From Sphagnum compactum (lineage: Eukaryota): a stretch of DNA of 64,000 nucleotides. Shown piece after piece: positions 21,001 through 35,452 of this stretch. Position 1 is the stretch's first letter; every line of letters starts with the position of its first letter. Both the position numbers and the translations under genes were made by a program. The notes beneath the pieces are model-generated. The model saw nothing but the letters and a program-made list of their open reading frames with translations, had not been told where the DNA came from and searched no databases. Location of the stretch: positions 1,736,001 through 1,800,000 of the forward strand of contig OZ234493.1 in NCBI GenBank assembly GCA_965153455.1. Direction: 5' to 3'.

Positions 21001-24000
21001 TTTTAAGCGGTTCGGCATGGAAAGTTGTAAACCTATGTCTACACATTACAACAAAATGCATTCTAGTTCATTTTAGGTTTCAGTAGATTTTGAGTGAATT
21101 TGGACATTTTTACCAGGGTGAAATTGGTCAACCCCCAATTGGACGAAGACCAGTTGTCAAAGACAGTGAATTAATCCACTAACACCTAGTGAAATACAAA
21201 TTTATCAAGCCATTTTACTTGCTAGTTAATTAACTAAGCAGCATGGATATCAATTAAATATTAAATGATTTAATATTTAATGTTATATTTAATATTATTG
21301 ATAATTTTATGATTTTAATCGTATGAATTATTGACATGTGTCACTACCTATGCTAGGTTTAAAACTTAGCCTAGGTACATAGGCCATGTAATCAATTTTA
21401 TTAGGCATCTACTTTAGGGAACTACATAGGAAAATATTTGGTCAACTTATCATTATTGACCATAAATACACCATTTGTGAGGTTTGATCTTTTGACCTCT
21501 AGGATGAAAGCAAACACCCCTACAATCAAGGCACCACAATTATTGTGATAATGTGTTACGCTGCGTTCTATTTATCAAATATTTCATTTTAAACATTACA
21601 AAAACATAAACTTTGAAAATTCATATCTTATTGAGATTTTGTCCAAATGAAATGATTAAAGTTTAATTTAAATTTTTTTTCAATAATGTACATAATTACC
21701 TTTATTTCCTTTTAAAAATGTAAAATCATTTGCACAAATTTTTTTGGTGAAAATCATTATTCAATAACATTTCAATGAAAATTCTTTTGAAAAACAAAAT
21801 GTTTAATAAATGGATAAATGTTTTTGCTAATATAATAATACTACTTATGTTAAGCTATTTTCAACTATTATAGGGTTACATTCCATTGTTCTAAGTTATC
21901 TCACAACTATTTATGGTTATTATTAGTAATTTTTAATTATTTTTAGTTATTTCACCTTTAGTTATTTTTTGTTATTTTATGTTATTTTGGATTATTTTAA
22001 ACTATTAAACCTTAGATTATATTTGACTATTGTAAGTTACTTTTGAAGTTACTTTTTGTTATTATAGGTTATTTCACTTTAGGTTATTTGCAGTTATTCC
22101 AAGTTATTTTTGGCTAATCTAAGCTATTTCATCTTAGGCTATTTTTGGTTATGTAAAGTTATTATTGGTTGTTTTTGGTTATTGAAGGTTTTTTCACCTT
22201 ATGCTATTATTGGTTATTCTATTAGTGGCTATTAGTGACTATTTTATTAGTGCTTATACATTTTAATGATGGTTATTTTATTGATGGTTATTTTTTGTTA
22301 GTTTAGGTTATTTTACCTTAGGTCATTATATTTTATTTTAGATTATTTTAAATTGTTATACTTAGGATAAAATAACTTATAATAACATAAATTATAATTT
22401 GAAATAACGTATATTAATTTAAAATAAAATAATTTAAGGTATAGCCTAAGGTTAGTTGAATAATTTAATTTAAAATAATCTGAAGTAAATTTTTTATAAT
22501 AAACTAACTAGGATACCTTAAAATATAATAATGTAGAATAATTTAAGGTATAATAATTTATAATAGCCTATAATAACTTATAATAAGTTAGAGTATAAGT
22601 TAGAATAACTAAGGTAACTTAAAATTATATAAGGTATATCATAAACTAACATAAGGTATTCAAAAACAATAATATAAAAATAAACTTATTTATCATAGTA
22701 AATTATAATAATGAATAATGTCAACCAATAATGAAACACAATGTGATATGAAATAACTTTAACCAAGGTGAATTCACTAAATTGCAATGAACTTATTTCA
22801 CTTTTAAGGTCCAATAGTGATTTAGGCTAGTGAATTACACTCTACTTTTGTAATAATGATGCCTTTAGAAACCATTAGTAAACTGGGCAAAAATATTACA
22901 CCAAAAACTTCATCGGAAATCTAAGAGATGATGGACATGCCATACAAGGGACTTGTGGGTAACCTTATGTATGTAATGGTTGCTACTAAACCATATTTTT
23001 CTAAGGCAATGAGCATAATTAGTCAATTCATGTTAGACCCCTTCAGAGAACACTAAGTAGCTGCCAAGAGAATCTTTCAATACCTTCAAAGAACGCAAGA
23101 TTTGTGGTTACAATATTGAGGAGATGAAGAGGGAATAACCTTCAAGGGTTTTTCATAATCATATTGGGGTGGAGATTTAGACTTTAGGAAGTCCACAACT
23201 TGGTTTGCATTTGTACTGGGAGTTGTAAGTTGGGTGAGTAAGAAGCAACCAATTGTGGCCCTCTCATCGATGAAAACATAATACATGGTAGCTTCATTTG
23301 CCACTAAAGAAGCCATGTGGCTTAGAAAGTTGCTATAGGAGTTGGGTTTTCCACAAAGGATGATACAATAATCTTTATTGACAACCAAGGAAATCTAGCA
23401 CTAATCAAAAACCTTGTTCACCACAACCGAACTAAACATATGGACATACAACACCACTTTGTCAGGGAGATGATGAATGCAAAAGAAGTCTCTTTTCAAA
23501 ATTGTTCCACATTAGACATGGACACTAATGCCCTAACAAAGCTTGTTCTTGCACCAAAGCACTTCAAGTGCATGTAACAACTCCTAGGCTTGACTCTTCA
23601 AGAGTACCTTGACAAAGTGAGAATGTAGGTAGCATGTAGTCAAGCTACTTTAATGGGAGCACTAAACAGTAGCGACAAATTAGCGTTCGAGTTAATTTTA
23701 ATAGTCTCATTCATTTCCACGCTATCACAATAAATCAGAAATGGTGGCATGTGCACCGGATTGAATTCGTTACACTTTCACTAGTGCATTAATTAAGCAC
23801 CCATGTGCACTTTATTCTAGATACCCTTGTTGCATGGCAACTATTTCCACCTACTAGCAGTTACTAGCCTTATCTTTGAGCGATCCTCCATGTGCATATA
23901 AGCACATCGCAAGTTCCCATTAGATCATCTCAGAATCATTGATCCATCTCTCTATAGGAACTAGTTTTGAGTCACTAATCCATTTTAGTATAGTTTTTAG

Positions 24001-24100
24001 CAAGATTAAGCTTTGTAGTGTGATTCCTTTTCTTTGTCCAAGTTTATTGTATTGACTAATTTCAGTCACGCTGTGTAGTTGAAGAACCTCATTTTTCACA
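18052..24100 (+). mobile_element. Degenerate Ty1/Copia LTR retrotransposon with both LTRs
   Basis: 5' LTR 18052-18529 and 3' LTR 23624-24100 (TG...CA, alignable end to end). PBS gattatgggccca at 18530; purine-rich PPT before 23624. Remnants of gag (MEQHLNKLGAMAKEFDAIG), integrase (RYFVSFIDDY...FSKFQEFK), RT (LALYVDDLLIF) and RNase H (VSWVSKKQPIVALSS..EAMWLRKLL). The RT N-terminal half is missing at ~20700. No 5-bp TSD found. Confidence 0.93.
21044..22858. mobile_element. Non-autonomous CACTA-like element nested in the Copia RT
   Basis: Termini CATTACAACAAAA / TTTTGTAATAATG. The 3-bp flanks ACA and ATG are both derivable from ACG. Removing the element restores Copia RT ...ESCKPMS-T-PLETISKL. 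The interior has gttatt-rich and then aataac-rich arrays. Confidence 0.85.
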
Positions 24101-27100
24101 GTAAAATCAGCTTACTTATAATGCAAGCTCCCATCATTGGGTGTTGCCAGAGCTAATTATAATCTGAGTGTAACTGTGATCACAGCAGCCTAATGGAAAG
24201 CCATTGACATAGGGCCCTGCTTCTTGTTGCAAGGACAGTTGCTTTCCATTGGAGAGCTGAAAATGGGTTGAAAATATGTACTTAATTCATGGTAGGAACG
24301 CTAGGAACACATGTTCTCATGAAAAAGGGAAAGATGTTATTACATGACTCAGAGCTCCAGCAGTTGGTTAATACTTGAGGTGACTGTGATCGCGGCAACA
24401 TAATGTAAAGATGTCTTAAGAATTTGTTTGAGGGAAAAAAAATTTGGCCAAGTACATGAGGTCAAACTAGAATCAAACTAACATACGTTGCACATATGAG
24501 CAACCACCATTTGCAGGAGGACGTTAAGGGAAAAGCCTTGGGTGGTCAATTTCCTTATTTGTAGCTGGTGTTCTTATCAATATGTTCCAATATTCTCGAG
24601 ACTAGCTGGATGATGTGGAATATATAAAAGTTCTCAATTTAGCATTTGCGTACTTGGCAAGATTTGTCCATGCACGATGTGCTTGCGTAAGACGAGGACG
24701 AGCTGGGATCAAATGGGGACCCATAAGAATAACTGTTGCAATATTTGTTGCAAGGCTTGCAATTCAGCCATATAAAATCGCTTCCAATATCAACCACAGC
24801 AAAGAATCGCTGCCGAGGTGTGCCGATCGACAGTGCCGTTGTGTAGTCAGTCACCAGGTTGTACAGAACCGATCTTTCGTCCTGCATCACCTGGCTTTTG
24901 ATTCCTCCTGCACTGGAGCTCATCAATTGACGAGAGTGTAAGTAATCCCGACGAGCCAAACTCCTTTTGCGCTACTGCCTCTACCCTTTCAGAATACGAG
25001 CTAGTGTTGTAAGCCTTCGGCAATGGCGAATCGTTGGTCTCTGTGAATCGTTGGTGTTCTCAAGACCTGCAAAAGCCAAAAGGACATGAAGGCTCGATCT
25101 GCATGAGACATTCCACAATTAACAACCAGATTCATATCCATTTCTGCACGCTCCTAATAAAACCAGCGACTACTTCGTTATGTACCTTAATGTCAGCTGG
25201 CAAATCTTCGGTGGATGTCTCAGACTGATCTGGGATCGTGTAGACTTCCAGCTATTTTGCAATGTCGATGAGCCCGCATGAGCATGTCTCTGTCCAGTGG
25301 AAAGGACTTGCCTTAATCCCATGCAGGAGTGGCAAGCCTGCAGGATGACCACAACATCCAATATAGCTACTAAAACTGCTCCAGCTCTCAGAGACCCCAT
25401 TTCCTATCCTTAGCCTGGAGTCTCCACGGCCGCTGCCTGATTACTTAGCTGCGCTTCATAAAAGCTTTCAATTCCTGTGACCAATGTCAAATTCAGTTGA
25501 CCCTTTCACCCTGGAGCAATTTTGCTAGTGTCCCTGCTACAAATTCATGACTAGTCTACTTTAGTACAAATCAAATTGGGTTCATAAACCTCAAGCTGGC
25601 CAGGACTTTCATGAGGCACTCAATTGTAATGTTATGTGTGTGGGTGGCTTAAAACTCCCTAAGTATGAACTCAGATCTACTCGACTCTGGATTCCTAACG
25701 AAAACGAAATACAAGTTGCAGCTCCCATCAGCTCCCTACCGCAGGGTGGCCCTACTTGCATAAACTGCTTGCTCTATGGGGAAATTGGTCTCTCCTGATC
25801 CAGTTGTGCTGGTAATTGATATGTGAAACTTGCACCAGCTGTTTATCTCTCAGCTGCATTTATGCATGTAATTTTGGATATTGGAATATTATCCCAGCCA
25901 CTAAATTAAATTGGATGTGAGTGCTTGTGCATTTGACCACTTGGAAGTTGGGCCACTGAGTTGCTTCAGTTGCTGATTTTCGACACTGGTTGCAAACGTC
26001 GCCACCACCGTCAGGATGTATGGTATGCCAGTCTAGTGGGTCTAAAAGTCCACACTAGGACAAACTGGCTTGTTATCGACTGCTATTGGCTTCTAGTTAG
26101 CGTGAAGCTCTTAAATAAATTTCCTAATCTGGAGGGCATATCAATGTTATTCCTCCTGGAAATACATTCCAGAAGGATCCTGTGGCCAAAAAAGAGGGGG
26201 TAAATTGGAATCACAAAGCTTTCTTTCAGTTACTTGAACCATGGTCCATACTTACTGACAAACAAATCTATTCCTGAAACTAAACTACACAATATCTACT
26301 TTTGAACCCTAAGGCTTAGGTTAATCTGAACATTCTGGAATCATTCTCATTGAGCATCAACCGACTACATTATGGCATTGCTTCAAACTCTCACTCATTG
26401 AATCCCCGAAGTTTTCACAAGGAAAGAATCCCAGCATCATCCCAATCCCTGAAGAACCGAACATTCAATAAATTTTGTCCAAACCCCGAATCAGTGGACT
26501 GGTTGCAGATCCCAAACTCAGAGCGCCAACCAAGGCACTCCCTTCCACTCATCTCAACTCCCCAATTTCATCTCACTTGATACGACGCCATGAAGGAAGT
26601 CACTCACAAATCCTCTAATATTCTACATCATTTTCACCACCAGCCTATAACAAACATACTACGGAGAATTCTGTATCTGCAACGCAACAAAATTGCTGAG
26701 AACAATACTATGCACATAGAGCATTCATCTCCATGCATTTCAACTTACACCGGTTCTATCACAGTTCTATCCTCTGCTACAAACATAATTTAGCCATAAA
26801 ATACTTAGGTTGTCTTTTGTCTTCCAAAAACCAACCACCTCCTTCAAATAGTAGCAGCTCATCATCCTTCGACGATCTAGTCCACCAATCAGAACCTTGA
26901 TCCCACAAGGCATCATGAAGAACAAAAACCAAAACAATAGAACTAGCAAGCTCATCCTTGAAATCAGGAGAAACAAGGCAACCACATTCTCTTTCCTCCA
27001 TGAATGCACAACCTGAAACCTTTGTACAAAGCAAACAAACACACTATTTTGAGCAGCACATGATGAGTGTGCTCATGAACAGTCACATCGCACCACCAAC

Positions 27101-27803
27101 CGCCAGTTTAGGACAGAAAATTTAACCTTTTTTAAGTTTAGCATTCCGTTTAGGTCACAATCCCACCTTGATAAGTACGCCTAAGATCCCTCTTTTCATT
27201 CACACAAAGAACAATTATGAAATTATCATTCAAGGGGAGATTTAATCAATCACTTATGTTTTTAATTCATTGAAATTTTGGAAGAAATTAGGGTGGATAA
27301 ACATTAAATCAGCTAAGCGAGTGAAGATTAAATCCTTAAATGAGGTATTTAAGGGAAAGCTTTTATTGAAAACTAGCTTAATCTCAAAGAAAAAAACATA
27401 TTAATCTCTTAAATAATCTCAACATATTCAAATGAAATAACACATATTTACATTTGTATGAAATTGAAAAGACACATTAAAATTCAAAAAAAATTTGAAA
27501 TGACACAAAGATTACAAAAGGACATTGAAAAAAATAAAGAGATTTGTTTCTCTTTCAATATCTTAGGATCCATAAGAACATTTTGAAAAATTACAACTTG
27601 TAGAATGTTTTTTTTTTTAAAAATCCGGTTTAAAATCAACCTCCAATAAATTTGCAGTTTGGATCTGTCTTTTTGTATGACCTAGGACTATAGCCCATCT
27701 CACCTAAGCCAGCCCCAATGAAATTATCATCACTGGAATTACCAATCTGTGAAAGGTGTTGCTGAGAGCTGGCTAAATGTACATCGACTCATCCACTTGA
27801 AAC

Positions 27804-28148
27804 TTAAAGCTTTGAACAATCTGCAGATGCCCACCCGATTTGGTAATTCACTTGATCAAAAACCATTTGATGGTTTGCTTGTGCAAGGTTACCAATGATA
27901 TTCACAAGCAGTCCAGTCTCAGCACCGGGTAATATAGTGAGACAATATGAAGGGGGCTCCAAGTACAAAGATATGTAATTCTCTGGAGCCAGCACAAAAT
28001 GTATGGTTCCATTACCGCTTGCATCTATGAAGTGGAATGTAATGGTTGGAAACTCGTGAATTGAACCATTTGCAAGGTTGAAGCACAGTGGAAATAAGTA
28101 ATCTACAGTGTGGTTGACTTGTGGTTAAGTTATCAACCTCTGAAGTTC
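27804..28148 (-). pseudogene. A1 aspartic protease remnant (copy 2): last exon plus intron 3 only
   Basis: 345-nt exon nearly identical to exon 4 of the intact gene (IIGNLAQANHQMVFD), with TTA->TAA at 28125-28127. Intron-3 homology continues to ~29140 and then stops; upstream exons are absent. Confidence 0.9.
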
Positions 28149-29769
28149 CTGCAATCATTTTACACAGAATCAGTCCTCTCTTTTACTTAGTCCTATGCAC
28201 TTTTGATCTCAATTGTCCCTTGTAAAGGGATGCAATTGTAGGTTTTCCCTGGCCAAAGAAAACCAGCACACACCAGCACATTGTGCAGTACAGATGAAGT
28301 GTAGACATGAAACACCATTTCACCATTTCCTCTCATAAGGGGTTGATACATAGTGGTTAGCTATGTATAAACTAGTGTTGGGTGGTTCTTGACTTTTATG
28401 AAGAACCATTTAAAAAGAATTAGAATCGTTCCAGGTCCACAGAAACATGCAACCTTGGGTCCAGTTCCCATCCGGTTCTGGTTATATCCAATCAATCCAT
28501 GTTCCAATTCTGGTTTTGGTTCTAGAAAACAGATCTAATTTTGGTTTGATTCTGGATAACTCGGTCTGGCACTGATGGTTAACTGTCGGTTATCCTTCTG
28601 TTAGCCCCTGGTTCCAGATTTTTTTTCCCAAATTTATTTTTTTCAAAAATTCTCATTTTGATTCTGGTTCTGATTCCAAGACTGGATCCAAAATCAGCCC
28701 TGATTCCAGTTTAGTTTTTACTAACCAAAACCAGAACTAGAAGTTGCAACTGGCCAAACCAGGCAACCGCCCAGCACTATATGCTATCAACATGCCACAT
28801 ATATCTCACTACCTATTAGCCACCAAGTGCCTTACCTACTTACGTACCTTGATAGTAACCACTTACATATCCTACTCACTTTCAAAGCTAGTTAGCTAGC
28901 CAGACTGAGCCACTTTTTCTACAGACTGTTCAAACCTTGTTTGAACTGTGCAAAGGACATTAATGCACATCTTCTTGTCTCTTTGTAAGTAAAGATTTGA
29001 TGATACAATTTTCCTTGAAAGTGGAAGCAATGTATTGGTGAGAACCAAACACCTTACAGGCTACTTACTACCTGTGTTCAGCAGTGAGCATCCACTTGTC
29101 TGATTAATTTCCTAAGTTAGCCAGCCCAATCCTTGAAATCCTCACACCACACAACACCAAGAACTAACAGTAAACCAAGTGCTCACACTCCCGTTCTACA
29201 TTCATAAATTAAACATTCATAGCTTGCCAAACAGGAACCAAAACAAACAAAACACTTCTATTTTGAAGAATAGATGACACTCCCTACCTAATCTCCTTTG
29301 TTCATCCTGTTCATGGTGTAGTGAACCAATAGTGACCTCACTATTAGGGCATTTTCTGTTCTCGCTTGGCAGCACTCCTTTAGGTCAAAGTGAAGTTCCT
29401 GTTCCACCTAAGACAAAAACACAAAAAAAGTAGAAGAATAGGACACCCAAACTGATTACATTCTTCTTAAGAACACTGGCCTCTTTTGCTCCTCAGACAA
29501 TTGATATGGATAAGTACCACTTAGGATTGAAGATAAAGGTATAAATGTTTGCTCGGGCCTGAAGATCTGCTGAGATTTTGTCACTGTAATTTGAAGGAAT
29601 TTACTCAGCAGATTTTTTCCTCTGCTGCTTGTGGGGTCTTCCAAAAATTTAATGCCTGCCAGAGTGGGCATTCTGTTTTCTGAAACATGATGCATATTTT
29701 TCTGATTTTTTGGAAGAAAGAAAGCTTTTGAGCAGGTCTCTATGCTAAGTATGGCACTCAGCCATCGGC

Positions 29770-31330
29770 TGTTACCTGAATTGGGCCTGCAGTTGGCCTT
29801 GTCTCCCATGGGCCTTATTCGAGTAAAGCCCCTGGCATTGGGCTTTTTACCTTATACTTTTGCCATCATGTGCACCTTGAGGTTGCGGCTCCTTTTCACT
29901 AACAAGACTTTTTTGGTTGCCGTCCATCTATGGTGTTTGAATACTTCGTGCAATCTCAAATTTCAACTTGCTGCAGGTTTGCAACAAGAATTTGACATTT
30001 GTTTCTGATCACAAGCCGCACATGTGTGGGCTTTGCACCCTAATGTTCACATTTTAAGTTTAGTTTTAGCCTTTGATTTTGACATACCTCTCTAACATTC
30101 TTGTCCCATCTGGATACGTAGGCCCACTAGATGGGGTCCAGGGTTCAAAGTCTTAGGAACCAATTTGGACTCATTTGAAGCAAATTGATTTGAAGCAAGT
30201 TGGACCCTAGTTTCCACCTTCATTCTCCAAATCATGAGCTCTCCTTTGAGCTCCTTTTTTTTGGTCCAAACCAATTAATTTTCCCTCCAAAATGGTGCCA
30301 TGTAAGTTTAGCTTCAATTGGCCAATTTTTGGTCTTGAACCCTCATCTGAAGGCCATGGGTCCAATTATTGACTCTCAGCCAATAGTATTGCTCTATTTC
30401 ATTGGACCTTGGACATTAGACCCTCATGTAATGTGGCCCTTACACTACATACAGCCTCATGTAACTTGCAGCTTCATCTCAGGAATTTCCTTGGTTTATC
30501 CTCATACATACAACAGGAATTAGGCCTGCAGTTGGCCGCACCTCACACCGGCTTTATTCCAGTAAAACCCCCGGCATTGGGCTTTTCCACGTTAAACTTT
30601 TGCCATCATGGGCACCTTGAGCTTGGGTCTTCTTTTCATTAATAAAACTATTTTGGCTGAATGCCATCTATGGTGTTGAATACTAGTCTATAACATTCCT
30701 ATCCTTTTGGGATACTGATACTATAGCCTGCTTCAAGTATGAGCAGAAAATTTATGAAATTCCTGTGAACAAGCCTCAAGTTACAAGGGACTGTCAAATA
30801 TCCAAAGAGGATAGGAACTTTAGAACAGTTAGCCAAAATTGAAAGGGAAACTTAACCGAAAGGATAAACCTAAGAAATTCCAGAGATCAAGCCACAAGTT
30901 TTGCAGGCGTTGCGGCAAAATGTTGACCTTTGACTTTAATATATTCACCTTTGACTTTGACACACCGATTTAAAATTCCTATCCTTTTTCAGATATGCAA
31001 GTATTGCTTAGTCTCAGGAACTTCTTAGTCTCAGGAACTTCCTAGGTTTGCGCCTTACATTTGTAACGGGCATCTTGGAGTTTACTTTTCACCTTTGAAT
31101 TTGACCTACACATCTAAATGCCCACCTTTTTGTTGGATATTTTACAATTTTCTTTTTTAGCTTCTTGTGTGTGGCGTCTCAAAATTTCCTGTGTTTTGTC
31201 TTCACACGCACCACATTGCAACCTAATGGACACCCTGGGATTTTTTTTTCACCTTTGATTCTGACTCACTGATCTAAAATGCATATCTTTTGTTGACTAC
31301 TTTACAGTCCGCTTCCTTAACTTTGTGTGG
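29770..31330 (-). mobile_element. Candidate 3' LTR plus adjacent internal region of an LTR retrotransposon (minus strand)
   Basis: TGTTA at 29770 and TAACA ending 30695. The adjacent ttcctatcctttt reads as a PPT (AAAAGGATAGGAA) before TGTTAT on the minus strand. An internal ~165-bp direct repeat lies at 29784-29945 / 30522-30684. No coding remnant or second LTR seen. Confidence 0.45.
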
Positions 31331-32299
31331 GTTGCCTGTTGGGCCTCCATAGAATGTGGTCTAGAGAGTTTTTTAATCATGTCTGCATACAGATAAGGTT
31401 TACAGTATTCATGTACTAATATAAGGAATATTTTGATTACTTACCCAGTTTTCTATGTACCCAGCTACTTACCAACGTCCTTTGTGTACTTACCTAACTA
31501 CCTACCTACATAATTACATACCCACCTACATATTTAGGTTGTCTACCCACCTACCTACATGTCTACCTAAGCTACCCACCCACCGCCCTTCTAGGCTATG
31601 GAGCTCCTTAGGATACCTACCTACATATCTACCTAAGCTACCTACCTTCTTATCTACATGCTTGCTTATGTTACCTACTTTCCTAAATGATGTACCTCAT
31701 TATGATACCTATGTGCTTGCTTGCCTTCCCACCTTCTCACATACTTACCCACCTAGGCTACTTGTCTACAAGTAGGGCACTTGTCCTACTTGCCCATTGA
31801 ACTACCCACCCACCTAGGCAATGTGTGCGGCCTTAATAAGGTAGCTTTTGAATATTGGTTCAACTTGACATAGATGGTGATAACCTTTGTATGTGGGAAG
31901 GTAGCCTATGTACATACACTATGTATGTGCATAGTTGATTAATTGAAGTCCCCAACCCTTTGAAGAAAAAAACAAAAAAAACAAATGTTTGGGCAACAAA
32001 GAATGAATTTTAGGCAATGGGTAGTCTTTGAAAATGTTTCGTTTTGGATAGTTTAAAGGGCATTTGCACAACTTGCAAATTGAAGTCAACTTGGCAAGTT
32101 GGCAATGTGGACTTGGTGAAAAAACAATGCACAAAATATTTGACAAGGATGTTGGAGCTTGCTACATGTTTGAAAATTAGGTAAAACCATGTATATATAA
32201 AAATAAGGATAGAAATCCATCCACAAAAAGTACAAGGCATGTAAACACATGAAAGGAAAATCAAAACAATCAAAACAACAGTAATGAAGTAGAAGACCT

Positions 32300-35200
32300 A
32301 TAGTTGAAAGGGCATCCTTTGCCCCAAATTAGCTAGCTGGTATGTGTGGAAGAGATGAAAAATTGTGATTAAATGTGGCAATTTATTGAAAAATTGCAAT
32401 GGCTTGCGCATGTTAGAAGGCTATTGACATTTGTTGCCTATAGTAAGATATAAACATCAAAGGTACCAAGGAGGTATGCTGATGGCGAGTTATACTAGCA
32501 TGTACACAAGTCAAAAAGGAATCAAAATGAGGATGGAGACAACCATAGGTCTATATGGCAAGGGGAATGAAATCATCTATTGATGTTCGCTTTATGTAGG
32601 ATCGTGCCTTATCTTGAACGGTAATTGTTGTTGCATGCATTGTCATCGTCGAAACATGTTACATCAAATTTGTACGAGTTGGATTAGCAATGACAATGTT
32701 TGCTAGTCAAGGTTCAAAAATCGTTTCTAGTGATGATGATATCCATTCGTCTCTGTGTATGGTGGGGGAAAAGGTGAGAAACTTTTCTTTGTACGTGAAC
32801 TTTGTTTTTTGACATGATAACTACAACAATAGCTCAAAGCATATCATGGGTCATAATGTGTTCATGGCAAGGTAACAAATGGATACCCAAATCATCGATG
32901 GTACGATCACATTAACATCATGAAAGATGTGCAACCATAAGATGTGGTATACTAAAACAAATACGTAATGTTGGAAGGAAATGGGTTGAAAACCAACAAA
33001 ATGAAGGGGTGCTAGGACAAGTTAATAAACAAGCCCCTATTGCTAGAATTGCATAGGAGTGAAGATGTGTTCGCACAACATCTGAAGGAGCTTTTGCTAA
33101 AAGTGAAATAAATTTTTTCTTGTGTGTTTAATCCATATAAAAAAACTGCATTTGAGGATAAGATTGCACCATTAAACTCTCAAAAGGCAAGCCATCTGAT
33201 TGGACGACCTTACATAATGTCACACAGGTATCTTGTAGTGCTACTTAAAAAGGATAAGTACTAGCTTTTACATGTGCCACCAGATCAAGAAGAATAGGGT
33301 GATCATCTTGTTGGAAATGAAAGACTAGTGTAGGAATGATTAAAGCCCAACATTCAAAAAAAATAAAGGCAACATGTTGGACCACTGAGGGAAGGCCTAA
33401 CCCCCTTGAAGAAGTAGGAAAAGTGACTTGATGATGAGCCAAATGGCCCACTATGGTGCCAAAGGATCCTGAACCTTATAGTTTTTTCAACATAGCTATG
33501 GTATGAACATCAAACTCAATGTAATGCTACAAGATACCTAGTGATGGAAATACGGTACGTTGTGGGCATAAAGAATAAAAAACATTGCAAAAGTTGCCTA
33601 AAAATCTATAAGCGTAGAAAGGCTAATAATTATGTTGAAGTCCTCCTAGAACACTTGTAATACGAAGCCTAACTCCATAAATAGCAAAGAACCCACTTAA
33701 GCAATTAGAATATAAAGATTGGGCTTAGGTGTAAAAAAACCTAGAGGGAATGATATAGATTGGTTTAACCCCTATGGAAACTAGGCTACACATTTCGTTG
33801 ACTGCAATGAAAGTCCTAATGTTGTAAATTCCTTTTGTAATCGCAAAAAAAAAGTACCACATTTGAGGCAGGACCAACCATGTGTGTATCATTCGCCAAT
33901 GAGGGAAAAACTCAAGTAAGGTGGGTTGTTGCAGTAAGACAAAATGACTATGAAATCCTTGCGTTTAAAAGCCTTCGAGAAATAGTGGAAATGGGCAAAT
34001 CACAAATTTAACATGCAACAAATTAATAATGAAAATTGTGAAACGTTCATTCATTCATAAATTCATACATTTTACACACAAATATCATGCATTGAAAACA
34101 TGTTTGACACATAGATAAATGTGTTGATGAATGAAATATGAACCTATGAATGAACAAATGTCACACAGATTTCACATCTTTTAATAAATTTGTGTGTTGT
34201 GTTTCAATGCATGATATTAATGTGTAAAACATACAAATTATGAATGGACTAATGTTACATGATTTCTGTTTTAAGTCGTGAAATGTTAAGTTTGTGATGC
34301 ATGTGTAAAATCGACGAACAAATGGGAAAAGTTGATCCAAGGTGTTGGTACATGCAAGATTGCAACTTTTGAAAAACAACTATTTGAGATACTAAATTAA
34401 ATGTGTTTCAAACATCCACCTATAATACCATCCACTTCGAATGTAGATATAACATAGCTTTAACCCCACGAACCACTATCTTACACCCACTTGGTGTTGC
34501 CACCCCAACCTAATGTGGACTAAAATGTTTTGTAAATGTATCCTCGAATTGAATAGTTAATGTGTGGGCAACCAATTGATAAATCACCTCTCCAATCACG
34601 ATGGGTTGAACACCTTTAGCTTGTTTCTCCAAAGCCAATAGTTGCAATGCAACAAGCAAGTGTGATATTGATGGAAAAACATGACCACGAATGATGTGCT
34701 CACATATTTCTAAAAAAAAAAAAACAACCATTAGCAAAGTCATTAAGGACAATGCAATCTTGCAAAAGCTCATACGCCATATTCGAAGGATGTGGTGAAT
34801 GTGTCAAAGCAAAAATAAATGTTTTTCTATCCAAAACAAGATTCATCTCTAGATGGAAATCATTGACAAAAGGGGGGAGGTCAACTTTAGCCAATGGATG
34901 AAAATGGCGAAAGGCCACAATGGTCTTAGTTGATGGGGCCGCATGAATGTTAAGGGTTAATGCACACACTATTTGAACACATTACCTTACATGAACAAGT
35001 GTTTGTGTGTAACACAATCGTGTTGATAGAAATGGAATAAGATCTGGTGCCATTTTTGAAATTTTTTTAAGAAGCCAATGCTTATGTTTTAATCATATGT
35101 TCTTAATGATTTTAAGTCTATTGCCATGTATCGACACAAATGGGCACAAGTCTCTTAGTGGCCTTTCTCACCACCTTTTCTCTAATGGAAAATACAAACA

Positions 35201-35390
35201 ATAGAAATGGAAGAGCAAAAATGCATGCAAAGCTATTATGTTGGATGGATTGACAACCAACCAAGCTAAAGGGATATGCAATACATGTTAAATTTCGACA
35301 TGGAAAACATATGGAATATGATGGTATGAATGGGGGTGTGGTAACCAAAATGCAACACATTGATGATATTTAATGATGCAATCCATGTCT
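32300..35390 (-). mobile_element. Degenerate RLE-type (CRE-like) non-LTR retrotransposon
   Basis: RT motifs LLALEKQAKGVQPIVIGEVIYQLVA...HFSPH*VGVATPSGC...VDV*NTFN, then SSRGLGL. C-terminal restriction-like endonuclease pattern RRMDII...IVIANPT...DKARSY...FIPLAI*TYGCLH. Many stops; AT-rich interruption at ~33950-34340. Confidence 0.75.
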
Positions 35391-35452
35391 AAGTTAAAAA
35401 AGGAGGAGAAAACAGTAAAGCCGAGGGCATCAGCACCTTAGAAGCTAATGAT

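Larger units (their letters stand above)
15506..25400 (-). pseudogene. A1 aspartic protease pseudogene (copy 1) with a Copia element in intron 2
   Basis: Exons ~25400-25186 (215 nt, frameshifted versus 222 nt in the intact copy), 25066-24654 (catalytic DTG changed to DIG), ~18021-17424 (frameshifts; second motif VLDSG), 15841-15506 (acceptor AG->AA, premature TAA at 15569-15571, TGG->TAG). Colinear with the intact gene at 41515-44597. Confidence 0.9.

Noticed and set aside
26260-27060. Cluster of short ORFs on both strands between protease copies 1 and 2
   Set aside because: No motif, splice structure or termini that I could support.
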